Part shown: in pieces, positions 42,601-50,458 of the stretch
Layout: every line of letters begins with the position of its first letter
Position numbering within the stretch: the stretch's first letter is position 1
Assembly (NCBI GenBank): GCA_963843795.1
Contig: CAWJLW010000006.1
Coordinates: forward strand, 248,001-312,000
Origin: an uncultured bacterium
Lineage (GTDB): Bacteria; Armatimonadota; Abditibacteriia; Abditibacteriales; Abditibacteriaceae
Length of the DNA: 64,000 bases
Reading direction: 5' to 3'
The notes under the pieces: model-generated
What the model saw: only the letters and a program-made list of their open reading frames with translations
Told to the model about the DNA's origin: nothing
Database searches by the model: none
Position numbers and translations under genes: made by a program

Positions 42601-45600
42601 GGTCGGCGGCTCATCAGCCGCTGCAACGCGCGCCGCGCAGTGCCAGCGTTTTGTTTACCAACGACAAAGCCGAATTCACGCGGCGCGATGGCGACATCGA
42701 AACTGTTACCGAAATCATTGTTTCGCCCGACGAAGACGCAGAAATTCGTCGCGTCACACTTGTCAATCATTCCAGCCGCGAACGATTCATTCAAGTTACG
42801 ACCTTTGCCGAAATTGCCCTGGCGCCGCACGAGGCCGACCGCGCGCATCCGGCGTTCGCCAAATTGTTCGTGCAAACCGATTACGATCCGAATTTGCAAG
42901 CCATTCTGGCGTGGCGTCGCCCGCGTTCATCGAAAGAAAGCGTGATTTGGGCTGGGCACGCCTTGATTGCCGACCCGCAAGTACTTGCAACTGGAGATAC
43001 GCAGTTTGAAACCGACCGCGCCCAATTTCTGGGCCGCGACCGCGGCGCCGATGATCCACAAGCCCTGTGGCAGCCGCTTTCGGGCACAACAGGCGCGGTT
43101 CTCGATCCGTGTTTTGCTCTCCGTCAGCGCGTTCGCGTGGCTCCGGGTGGTCGCGTGAATTTGTCGTTTGTCACGACGTGCGGCGATACGCGCGAGCAAG
43201 TACTTGCCAACATCGAAAAGTTGCGAGATGGCGACGGAGTGCGCCGCGCTTTTGAAGCGGCGTGGACTTATGCCCAATTGGAACTTCATCAATTGCGCGT
43301 TCAGCCCGAAGAAGCGCAGCGTTTTCAGCAACTGGCCGCACACATGTTGTTTCCTTATTTCGCTCTCCGCGCTCCGGCCAAGCGCATTCGCGACAATCAT
43401 TTGGGCCAAAAAGCTTTGTGGGCGTATGGCATTTCGGGCGATTTGCCAATTATCGTTGTGACTATTGACGACCGGCGCGACATCAATGCGGTGCGTCAAG
43501 CCTTAGCCGCTCACACTTTCTGGCGATTGCGCGGCTTTCAAACCGATTTGGTTATTTTGAACGAGCAAGCTGGTGGCTACAATCAAGACCTCACAGAGCA
43601 ATTGTCGAATCTGGCGCTTTCGATGTCTCACCATGTGGGTTTGAATCAGCCTGGCGGCATTTTTCTGCGTACGGCGGATAGCTTGCCCAAAGACGATTTG
43701 AACCTGCTGTTTGCCGTAGCGCGTGTGGTGCTGGTTTCGGCGCGCGGCGGGCTGGCGCGTCAACTGTTGAACCTTGCAACGCCACCGGATTTGCCGCCTC
43801 GCTTGAAGCCGACTGGCAATTACAGCGAAGAACCTTCGCCCGATTTATCGTTTATGACGCTGCCTTATTTCAACGGCAAAGGCGGCTTCACCGAAGATGG
43901 GCGCGAATACGCGATTTATCTCGAACGCGGCAGCGATCAAGGTATCGCGACTACGCCCGCGCCGTGGAGCAATGTCATCGCCAATCCCGATTTCGGAATG
44001 CTGGTTTCAGAAGCCGGACAAGGCTTTGCGTGGAGTGGTAACAGTCAATCAAATCGTTTGACTCCCTGGAGCAACGATCCGGTGAGCGATGTTTCGGGCG
44101 ATGCAATTTACATTCGCGACGAAGACACCGGCACGTTCTGGACGCCGACGCCGCTTCCGATTCGCGAAAATGATGCTTACCGCACGCGTCATGGGCAGGG
44201 ATACAGCGTTTTTGAGCACAACTCGCATGCCATTGAACAAGAACTCACGTTCTGGGTGCCGACCGGCATCGAAGCCGAGGATTCGATGCCACCGTGTCGC
44301 GTGCAAACTTTGAAACTGCGCAACCGCTCGAGTCGTCGCCGCCGCTTGAGCGTGACTTGCTATGTCGAGTGGATTTTGGGCACGACGCGCGAAGAAACGC
44401 AATCGCAAATCGTGACGCAGTGGGACACGGACGCCGGAATTTTGCTCGCCCACAACAAATATCATCCCGACTTTGGTGATCGCGTGGCGTGGCTGTCGAG
44501 CGTCACGCACGCCGATAGTTTCACTGCCGACCGCACCGCATTTTTAGGCCGCAACGGCGGTCCCAGTTCGCCTGATGCGCTGCGCAGAAAAGGCTTGTCC
44601 GAGCGCACCGGTGCCGGTTTGGATGCGTGCGGCGCGCTGCAAGTACTTGCCACACTCGAACCGGGCGAAGAACGCGAAATCACGTTCATTTTGGGCGAAA
44701 GCGATAACATCGAAGACGTTCACAAACTGGTTGCGCAGATGCGCGCGCCCGAAGCGGGTCGCAAGTACTTGCAGCAGACGCGCGACTACTGGGACGACAT
44801 TCTGGGCGCTTTGCAAGTGCAAACGCCAGTTTTGTCAGTTGATTTACTGCTCAATCGCTGGCTGGTTTATCAAACTTTGGCCTGTCGTTTGTGGGGCCGC
44901 TCGGCGTTCTACCAAAGCGGGGGAGCTTACGGTTTCCGCGACCAGTTGCAAGACGTAATGGCCTTGGTTTATAGCGCGCCGCGATATGCGCGCGAACAAA
45001 TTTTGCGCGCCGCCGCTCATCAATTCCCTGAAGGCGATGTGCAACATTGGTGGCATCCGCCCGGCGATGCCGGTGTGCGCACTTTAATCACCGACGATTT
45101 GCTGTTTTTGCCTTACGTCACCGCGCATTACATTCGCACGACTGGCGATAATTCGGTTCTGGATGAAATCGCGCCCTTCTTGGGCGGCGAACCGCTCAAA
45201 GAAGGCGAACACGAAACTTACTTGGCGCCCAGCCCATCGACTGAAAGCGCGACGATTTTCGAGCATTGCCGTCGCGCGATCGAAAAGGGCTGCACCAAAG
45301 GCCCACACGATTTGCCGCTTATCGGCGCTGGCGATTGGAACGACGGCATGAATCGCGTCGGCATTGAAGGTAAGGGCGAAAGCGTCTGGCTGGCGTGGTT
45401 TGCAATTCAAGTGCTAAACGATTTCGCCGAAGTTTGTGCTGCACGCGAAGAAAATTCGCTGGCGCGTCAATATCGCGCACAAGCCAAAGCTTATGCGCGT
45501 GCGGTCGAAAAATCGGCGTGGGACGGAGAATGGTATTTGCGCGCTTTCTTCGATGATGGAACGCCCTTGGGTTCGCATCTCAGCGATGAAGCCAAAATTG

Positions 45601-46316
45601 ATGCGCTGCCGCAATCGTGGAGCGTTTTGAGTGGCGCAGGCGACCCCGAACGTTCAGCTCAAGCCTTGAAGTCGTTGGAAGAAAAGCTGGTTCTGCGCGA
45701 CGAAGGCATGATTTTGTTGTTTACGCCCGCGTATGACCAATCCACTACCGATCCTGGCTACATCAAGGGTTATTTGCCCGGTGTGCGCGAAAACGGCGGA
45801 CAATATACGCACGCAGCAGTGTGGAGCGCGATGAGCTTTGCGCGCGCCGGTCAGGGCACCAAAGCTGTCGAACTGCTCACGATGTTGAATCCCGTCGAGC
45901 ACGCGCGCACGCCCGAAGATGTTGATATTTACAAAGTCGAGCCTTATGTGGTGTGCGCCGATGTGTACAACTTGCCCGGCCACGTCGGTCGCGGCGGCTG
46001 GACTTGGTATACCGGCAGCGCCAGTTGGATGTATCGCGCCTGGATCGAAGAAGTTCTCGGCTTCCAACTGCGCGCCGATAGCCTACAAATCAATCCCACA
46101 GTTCCAACCGATTGGACGGAGTTCGGCATGAACTATCGTTATAAGAATGCGCATTACCAAATCAGCGTGCAAAACCCCGATGGCGTAGAAAATGGCGTGT
46201 TGTGGGTCGAAGTTGATGGTAAGCGCATCCGCACCAAAGCGATTCCGCTCGTCGATGACGGTGAAACGCATCGCGTAACGGTGCGCATGGGCGAGAAGAA
46301 ACGGTCCGAGAAATGA
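36693..46316 (+). CDS. Cyclic beta-1,2-glucan synthase-like giant protein (Cgs/NdvB type: GT84, glucoamylase-like cyclisation domain, GH94) with extra N-terminal domain
   Basis: EWLLDN, GWERKRGK, TLDADT, SHDLLEG, RWLRGDWQ, PPDNYQE, RTSPTNIG, SWSGTMFEY, YQSGGAYGFRDQLQD, GDWNDG, RENGGQY. Confidence 0.92.
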   Translation: MTSKTGLVLGFFRDDATAASALKKLRRAGFTRLASIQKNRDAQVDIRAMRISDNLGTLLGGASGLSLAALSAWPLGRLPLSNANLIRGLTIGAGGVLGAASGRLLARHFNAGVSPETVQLYSRWVVTGETLIIVRAATDGIEDVLRILRADKENLPVSFVVRPHLRDENALLQKILRTDKALNQTKNGTARLALTARDERPHPLVGDALREHATATATRHAPLVGKGRARTLLRRLRSSERIINGVCRGLAEAARLEQPVSLSAEWLLDNAYIIARQIADVRRNLTGAFYAELPVLVPKRAQQESTTFIPLGFAHEVRGVTRAYSIARDLVNHVDGRLDEHNIREYVSAYQSVLPLTMGELWALPLMLRLALIENLRRLTMQTDLRQRDRERADFWANRLLAASRSEDELMLTLLADLTKEQPQLGAHFADRLISGLYDEETALVLVRGWVERKLNASLGDIVAREGRRQAADQISVANTIGSLRALGEMDWRESFEALSLVHDVLCNDLTGTYPKMDFATRDRYRHQVERIARGTQRQGAPSDLAPVEINVARRTLAAARNFLPAELKIAPDVETSSIPSTSLSLVNAEAAPTALQIAPKTWAIEDGEIPRGHIGFHLLEEGVRDLERSVDYRPSVRFALRRWITDNAGATYFGALGIGTLSASALALFIARRGAQNLGRGSWGFGALALAPASELAVQGLHFALTKILEPVTLPKMSFEDSGVPDEWRTLVVVPMMLSSEEAIRLDAERLEVRYLANSDTNLRFALLSDFSDAPQRVMPEDAAKLQVAQNAIVQLNRRYGPVQWNAADGSYQEGARFLLFGRERRWSETEQKWMGWERKRGKLEELNELLCGRGSGATDALHVMEGEPNSLEGVRFVITLDADTQLPRDSARRMIETLAHPLNRPVIGQSASNARPTVQRGYTVIQPRVSTALPSATATHFSRLFTDATGSDPYTHAISDVYQDTFGEGSYHGKGIYDVQAFQQVLAERFPPATLLSHDLLEGAHVRVGLASDIELFDEFPPTYLAYARRNHRWLRGDWQILDWVRSKVPAPEGRVPNALSVLNKWKVGDNLRRSVLPVASCGLLSVSWLIGPGAALAAGILVGADLLVPSLTQFVTWLPSRTGGVPVIARELGTGFVRAGMRMAVVPYEAYLSLDAILRTLYRRNVSHQQLLEWQTAQANYRDATTRERDFQIQMGAVSLWAGVNALAVAIFQSASLPVATPFLLSWLAAPLAVRWLSGGRERAAGSELNGEQKLLLRRVARQTWRYFDDFVGPQTHWLPPDNYQEALRVEIAQRTSPTNIGLWLLSLLAAHDFGYLPLDEVVLRSEETLDTLDTMERFRGHFYNWYDVQNVEPLRPRYVSAVDSGNFLGSLWTHEQGLRGLQVRPLIGAAALNGMLDVLGLLRESLGEACSPEVRDLATQLEHLLSDPIEKPNEVIARVRSCEPLVLRLIAAVALAHRAPSMRPRDQANMESSTSDPRFATDSAAYWAGQLGTQIELWLGQIERYLAWVELLQNLPDENSYRHDDEIIRRRNDALKRLPSLEDLAVGRADAMTALLELRARTYLSREAREWLERLSIEFGRARWFAGEMNASAERAIERMQVLARETDMRFLFDEERELFTIGFNVEDLRRDNSFYDLMASECRLASFVCVARGEVPLEHWVALGRRYGLAYRRAALQSWSGTMFEYLMPILLMKPFQNSMLEDACRTAVLVQADYGRERNIPWGISEAAHSALDTNKTYQYHAFGVPGLGLKRGLQDDLVVAPYATVLALMLEPQRAVKNLKRLEEIGMRGDYGFYESIDYSRQRMRDADPDTNDTSGRGAIVRCFMAHHQGMSLLSLDNVLHDGAMQNRFHADPRVQSAEPLLQERIPIAPPVLREILPERPPARLNADSMSESSTVDRLTTPDTPLPRVQLLSNGHYSLMVTGAGGGYSRRDKIEITRWRADSTRDSWGQWIYLRDEDNNATWSAAHQPLQRAPRSASVLFTNDKAEFTRRDGDIETVTEIIVSPDEDAEIRRVTLVNHSSRERFIQVTTFAEIALAPHEADRAHPAFAKLFVQTDYDPNLQAILAWRRPRSSKESVIWAGHALIADPQVLATGDTQFETDRAQFLGRDRGADDPQALWQPLSGTTGAVLDPCFALRQRVRVAPGGRVNLSFVTTCGDTREQVLANIEKLRDGDGVRRAFEAAWTYAQLELHQLRVQPEEAQRFQQLAAHMLFPYFALRAPAKRIRDNHLGQKALWAYGISGDLPIIVVTIDDRRDINAVRQALAAHTFWRLRGFQTDLVILNEQAGGYNQDLTEQLSNLALSMSHHVGLNQPGGIFLRTADSLPKDDLNLLFAVARVVLVSARGGLARQLLNLATPPDLPPRLKPTGNYSEEPSPDLSFMTLPYFNGKGGFTEDGREYAIYLERGSDQGIATTPAPWSNVIANPDFGMLVSEAGQGFAWSGNSQSNRLTPWSNDPVSDVSGDAIYIRDEDTGTFWTPTPLPIRENDAYRTRHGQGYSVFEHNSHAIEQELTFWVPTGIEAEDSMPPCRVQTLKLRNRSSRRRRLSVTCYVEWILGTTREETQSQIVTQWDTDAGILLAHNKYHPDFGDRVAWLSSVTHADSFTADRTAFLGRNGGPSSPDALRRKGLSERTGAGLDACGALQVLATLEPGEEREITFILGESDNIEDVHKLVAQMRAPEAGRKYLQQTRDYWDDILGALQVQTPVLSVDLLLNRWLVYQTLACRLWGRSAFYQSGGAYGFRDQLQDVMALVYSAPRYAREQILRAAAHQFPEGDVQHWWHPPGDAGVRTLITDDLLFLPYVTAHYIRTTGDNSVLDEIAPFLGGEPLKEGEHETYLAPSPSTESATIFEHCRRAIEKGCTKGPHDLPLIGAGDWNDGMNRVGIEGKGESVWLAWFAIQVLNDFAEVCAAREENSLARQYRAQAKAYARAVEKSAWDGEWYLRAFFDDGTPLGSHLSDEAKIDALPQSWSVLSGAGDPERSAQALKSLEEKLVLRDEGMILLFTPAYDQSTTDPGYIKGYLPGVRENGGQYTHAAVWSAMSFARAGQGTKAVELLTMLNPVEHARTPEDVDIYKVEPYVVCADVYNLPGHVGRGGWTWYTGSASWMYRAWIEEVLGFQLRADSLQINPTVPTDWTEFGMNYRYKNAHYQISVQNPDGVENGVLWVEVDGKRIRTKAIPLVDDGETHRVTVRMGEKKRSEK

Positions 46317-46348
46317 GGCTGCAAGTACTTGCGGAATCAGTTGGTGTG

Positions 46349-46382
46349 AAACGGGCGCTGCAAGTACTTGCAGCGCCCGTTT
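46349..46382. repeat. 34-bp perfect palindrome centred on GCAAGTACTTGC (second bare copy at 46321-46332)
   Basis: aaacgggcgctgcaagt|acttgcagcgcccgttt. Confidence 0.9.
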
Positions 46383-46511
46383 GCTTCAAAAAAATTCTGT
46401 TTCAGCGGCATCTTCCAAACAACCCTAATTTTTGTGCAATCGCGCTTTGTGGTGTATCATGGGAGTTAGCATCGATTGACCTAATACACCGCAAATTGAG
46501 GAGAGCAGGTA

Positions 46512-47012
46512 ATGAGCGATTTAACGCAGGACATTAGCGAACTAACCGACCGTGAGGCGATTCAATCCGCGAATTATGTGGCCGAATGGATGCAGCGAAA
46601 GCTCGCGGAAGAACAAAGCTTGCCGGCAGAATTGGAGGGCACGGTTACAGACGATCAAGCGGTCACAATTTTAAGTGAAGAATTTCCCGATCTTTCCGCT
46701 TCAATCCAAAACGCCGCTCTCGATATCGATGACGCTCAGCGAGGACAAATCGCGCGCAATCTGCTGCAATTTCTGTCTGAAGATGATCAATACGCGCCGG
46801 TCGTCCAGGAAGCGTTAGATCAACTTATTTTCAAATTCGATCCAGTTACGGTAATGGCGGTCGGCGCCGGCATCGTTTTTCTATTGTCGCTCAAATTTGA
46901 ATTCGAAGACGAAATTGTTGATGGTAAGCACACGCGCCGCTGGAAAGTGTCGCGCGAGGCCACGCCTACCGAAGTGTTGCAGAAGATTCTCAGTTTTGGC
47001 GCTACTGGCTAA
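46512..47012 (+). CDS. Hypothetical acidic protein with one hydrophobic segment
   Basis: GAGGAG SD; 166-aa ORF; PVTVMAVGAGIVFLLSL. Confidence 0.7.
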   Translation: MSDLTQDISELTDREAIQSANYVAEWMQRKLAEEQSLPAELEGTVTDDQAVTILSEEFPDLSASIQNAALDIDDAQRGQIARNLLQFLSEDDQYAPVVQEALDQLIFKFDPVTVMAVGAGIVFLLSLKFEFEDEIVDGKHTRRWKVSREATPTEVLQKILSFGATG

Positions 47013-47036
47013 CTGCCGAAACTCCTCAAAAATATC

Positions 47037-48205
47037 ATGGCTGCGCATTCCAGTCGCGGCATCGTGCTGACTTACGATGCCCAACAAACCGATATTCGAG
47101 CGTTTTCTGCTCAACCGTGGCAGGATGTAACGACGTTTCGTAGTTTTCCTGTTGTGGCCTTGCGTTGCGCCGAGCCAACTCTTGAAATTATCAAAGCCAT
47201 GAACGGAATTCTGTGCGTTCATGTGCCTCGTAGCGCGCATTTCGCTTCCTATCTCAAAATTTTGGCGGCGCTCGATCAACTGTGCCTGCTGCAAGAGCAG
47301 GGAAAAAACATCCGCGTCGTGAATCTCAGTTCCTCCCATGGCCCGCGCCCCTTTCGCGCCGACGAGCCGATGAACGTGGCGACGCGCATCGCGGCTGAAA
47401 AAGGCTTGGTCGTCGTCGTGGCCGCTGACAATTTAGGGCCGACCGAAAACAGTTTGAATCCGTGGTCCGTGGCTCCGTGGGTCATTGGCGTGGGTGCCGC
47501 CGACCGCGTGGGCAAAACTTTGTGGGAGCACTCTTCGGTCGGTGTGCCCGACGATAAACTTTACCACCCGACTGTGGTTGCGCCGGGCAAGATGTGCCGG
47601 TTCTCGTGGTACCCGCCTCACAACGCAAATTAAGTCATGGCACCTCGGTGGCGGGTGTGGCGATGGGGGCGACGGAATCGCAGGGCGAGTTTTTTGAATC
47701 CGGTACTAGCCTCGCAGCACCTCTGGTTTCGCGCTTGTGCTGGTATGTGATAAGTTTCGTCAGCTGGCTGTATGCGATAGACAATCTGGTAGAAAGCATT
47801 CGCCAGAGCGGAGCGATTGATTTGACGCAGGCGATGCAGCTGTCGCAAGCCGAACCGCTTCCGGAATTCTTACAGCAGATCAAAAAACAAGAATTGCAAT
47901 ATCAACTGTCCGCTTCGCCATCTCATGTTAAGCGCATGATCGAAGCGATGGCTCAACCGATGCAAGGTTATGCCGCTTACCAAGTTGGCGCTGGTTTTGT
48001 GGATGAAACTGTTACTGAAGATTATTTGGTCAATTTTTCGCCACGCGATTTTCTCCAACTTTTCCAGTCTGATGCCGTTGACGAGGCTTTAATAAAACGA
48101 TTCGAGCAAAAATTCCCTGCACTTTTGCCCGCAGAATTCGTTCGGACGCAAATTATCACACCATTGCGCCAACAACTTAAAGCCGTCGATTATCCAATTC
48201 TCTGA
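47037..48205 (+). pseudogene. Subtilase (S8)-like gene split by a -1 frameshift near 47597
   Basis: ORF1: RVVNLS, VVVVAADN, PWVIGVGA, VVAPG; ORF2: HGTSVAGV, SGTSLAAP, QVGAGFV; one extra base at GGC-AAG-ATG would join them. Confidence 0.7.
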
Positions 48206-48455
48206 TACAGCCCACTGCAAGTACTTGCAGAGCACTACGCGCTAGACGCACTGCGCTGCAGCGAGTGAAAACGCAACGTTTCTCGACTTGCACGATCTTA
48301 TTTGCAACCTCTACGATGCGATGGGCGAAGCCGCTCTTGAACCGCTTTCTCCCATGAATACACGCAAACCGATGTTCCCGATTTGAAAGTGCTGACCGAT
48401 GGCAGGCTATGTGCGTATCTGAAAAATTAAATTCGAGAACGTTAAAGGAATTTGA

Positions 48456-50336
48456 ATGTCTGTGCGATTATTATGGAAATCCCGTATTATCGGGTTATGC
48501 GCGTTGTGTATCGGTTCGATGAATTTTGCAAATGCCGATGCACCTGTGGCATCCGCTACCAACGCGGGCGCGTTGGAATTCGGTGCGCCGTGGCCCAAAA
48601 TTGTGGCTCGCACTACGCGCGATTGGCCGCAAGTTGGTAATGATGCAGGCCACACGCGCTTTTCACCACTCAAGCAGATCAACAAAACCAACGTCGCGAA
48701 ATTGCAAGCGGCGTGGACGTTTCACAGTTTGGATGCTGGTGGTGGCAGTACAATCGAATGCACGCCGATTGTGGTCGGCGGCGTGATGTATCTCACGACC
48801 GCGCGCTTGCGCATCGTGGCTTTGGACGCAATGACGGGCCATACAATCTGGACGCACGATCCGAAAACCTTTGGCGTCAATCGCGGCTTGGCGTACTGGA
48901 CAGATGGAAAAACTAGTCGAATTTTGGCCGGATTGCCCGATGGACGTTTGCTGTCACTGAACGCGCGTGATGGAATTCCCGACGCGCAATTCGGCAAAAA
49001 CGGCACCGTTCAGCTGCGCGATGGCTACAATCGCGATTTATCGAGCGTGACTTACGGTTGTACTTCGGCACCAGCAGTTTTTCAAAATTTGGTTGTGGTG
49101 CCGATTTGGAACTCGGAAGCGCAGCCCGGTGCGCCCGGCGATATTCGCGCTTTCGATGTACGCAGCGGGCGCGAAGTTTGGCGTTTTCATACAGTGCCGC
49201 AGCCCGATGAATTCGGTCACGAAAGTTGGGAGGGCGAAAGTTGGAAAGAGCGTTCTGGTGTTAATGCGTGGTCGGGCTATACCGTCGATACGCAAAACGG
49301 CATTATTTTCGCTGCGACAGGTTCGCCCTCATCCGATTTTTATGGTGGTGACCGCAAGGGCGATAATTTGTTCGCTAACTGCATCATAGCGCTCGATGCG
49401 CGCACCGGTAAGCGTCTATGGCACTTTCAAACTGTCCATCACGATTTGTGGGACAGCGATAATCCTTGTCCGCCAGTGTTGTGCAACGTGAAAGGCAAAG
49501 CGGCTGTTGCATTGCCAACTAAAACTGGCTTCATTTACATTTTTGACCGCAAAACTGGCGTTTCGCTGTTTCCTATCGTCGAAAAGCCAGCCCGCGCTTC
49601 GACAATTCCCGGCGAATCAGCCGCTGCCACGCAGCCGATGCCGCTGGCCCCGCCGCCCTTAGCGCGGCAAGTACTTGCGATGGACGATTTGACTCAGCGC
49701 ACGCCCGAAGCCGCGGCAGAAATTCGCGAGCGCGTGCAAAACGAAAATTTGCAAATGGGTCAGTGGCGCTTGCCGCCCAGCGAGCAGGGCACAATTGTCA
49801 CGCCCGGCTATCATGGCGGCGCGACGTGGTCGGGCGCGGCTTACGATCCCACTTCCAATCTGCTTTTCGTCAATACCAACGATGCCCCAAGTATTATTCG
49901 TGTCACGCCCAACAATGGGAACAACGATTTCGCGGGCTATCTGTGGTTTCGCGATAAAGATGGTTATCCGGCCATTAAACCACCGTGGGGCAGCTTGACT
50001 GCTGTGAACTTGAATACTGGCACTTTCGCGTGGCGCATTCCGCTGGGCACTTATCCAGAACTGGCCGATAAAACAACGGGCAGCGAAAATTTTGGAGGCG
50101 CGATTGTGACGGCGGGCGGGCTGGTTTTTATCGGATCAACGCGCGACGAAATGTTTCGCGCCTTCGATAGCAAAACCGGGAAATTGCTGGGCGAATGGCA
50201 ACTTCCTGCAGGTGGCTACGCGTGTCCGGCGACTTATCAGGTCAATGGCAAACAATACGTAGTGATTGCGGCAGGAGGCGGCGGCAAAATTGGCACGCGC
50301 AGTGGCGATAGCTATGTCGCTTTTGCATTGCCTTGA
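48456..50336 (+). CDS. PQQ-dependent (quinoprotein glucose) dehydrogenase-like protein
   Basis: RFSPLKQIN, ECTPIVV, NRG, WHFQTVHHDLWD, KPPWG, PATY..NGKQYV. Confidence 0.9.
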   Translation: MSVRLLWKSRIIGLCALCIGSMNFANADAPVASATNAGALEFGAPWPKIVARTTRDWPQVGNDAGHTRFSPLKQINKTNVAKLQAAWTFHSLDAGGGSTIECTPIVVGGVMYLTTARLRIVALDAMTGHTIWTHDPKTFGVNRGLAYWTDGKTSRILAGLPDGRLLSLNARDGIPDAQFGKNGTVQLRDGYNRDLSSVTYGCTSAPAVFQNLVVVPIWNSEAQPGAPGDIRAFDVRSGREVWRFHTVPQPDEFGHESWEGESWKERSGVNAWSGYTVDTQNGIIFAATGSPSSDFYGGDRKGDNLFANCIIALDARTGKRLWHFQTVHHDLWDSDNPCPPVLCNVKGKAAVALPTKTGFIYIFDRKTGVSLFPIVEKPARASTIPGESAAATQPMPLAPPPLARQVLAMDDLTQRTPEAAAEIRERVQNENLQMGQWRLPPSEQGTIVTPGYHGGATWSGAAYDPTSNLLFVNTNDAPSIIRVTPNNGNNDFAGYLWFRDKDGYPAIKPPWGSLTAVNLNTGTFAWRIPLGTYPELADKTTGSENFGGAIVTAGGLVFIGSTRDEMFRAFDSKTGKLLGEWQLPAGGYACPATYQVNGKQYVVIAAGGGGKIGTRSGDSYVAFALP

Positions 50337-50367
50337 AAATCTTTAATGCCTTTTGACACGAATTTTC

Positions 50368-50409
50368 AAAGCCAGACGTGCTGCAAGTACTTGCAGCACG
50401 TCTGGCTTT
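50368..50409. repeat. 42-bp perfect palindrome centred on GCAAGTACTTGC
   Basis: aaagccagacgtgctgcaagt|acttgcagcacgtctggcttt. Confidence 0.9.
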
Positions 50410-50458
50410 TGTCATGATTTCGTATAATTTATTTGTTAATTATCATCACAAAATTATT

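Noticed and set aside
47585..47605. Programmed frameshift in the S8-like gene
   Set aside because: The junction CCG GGC AAG ATG has no X_XXY_YYZ heptamer or homopolymer run, so a single-base deletion or sequencing error is more likely.
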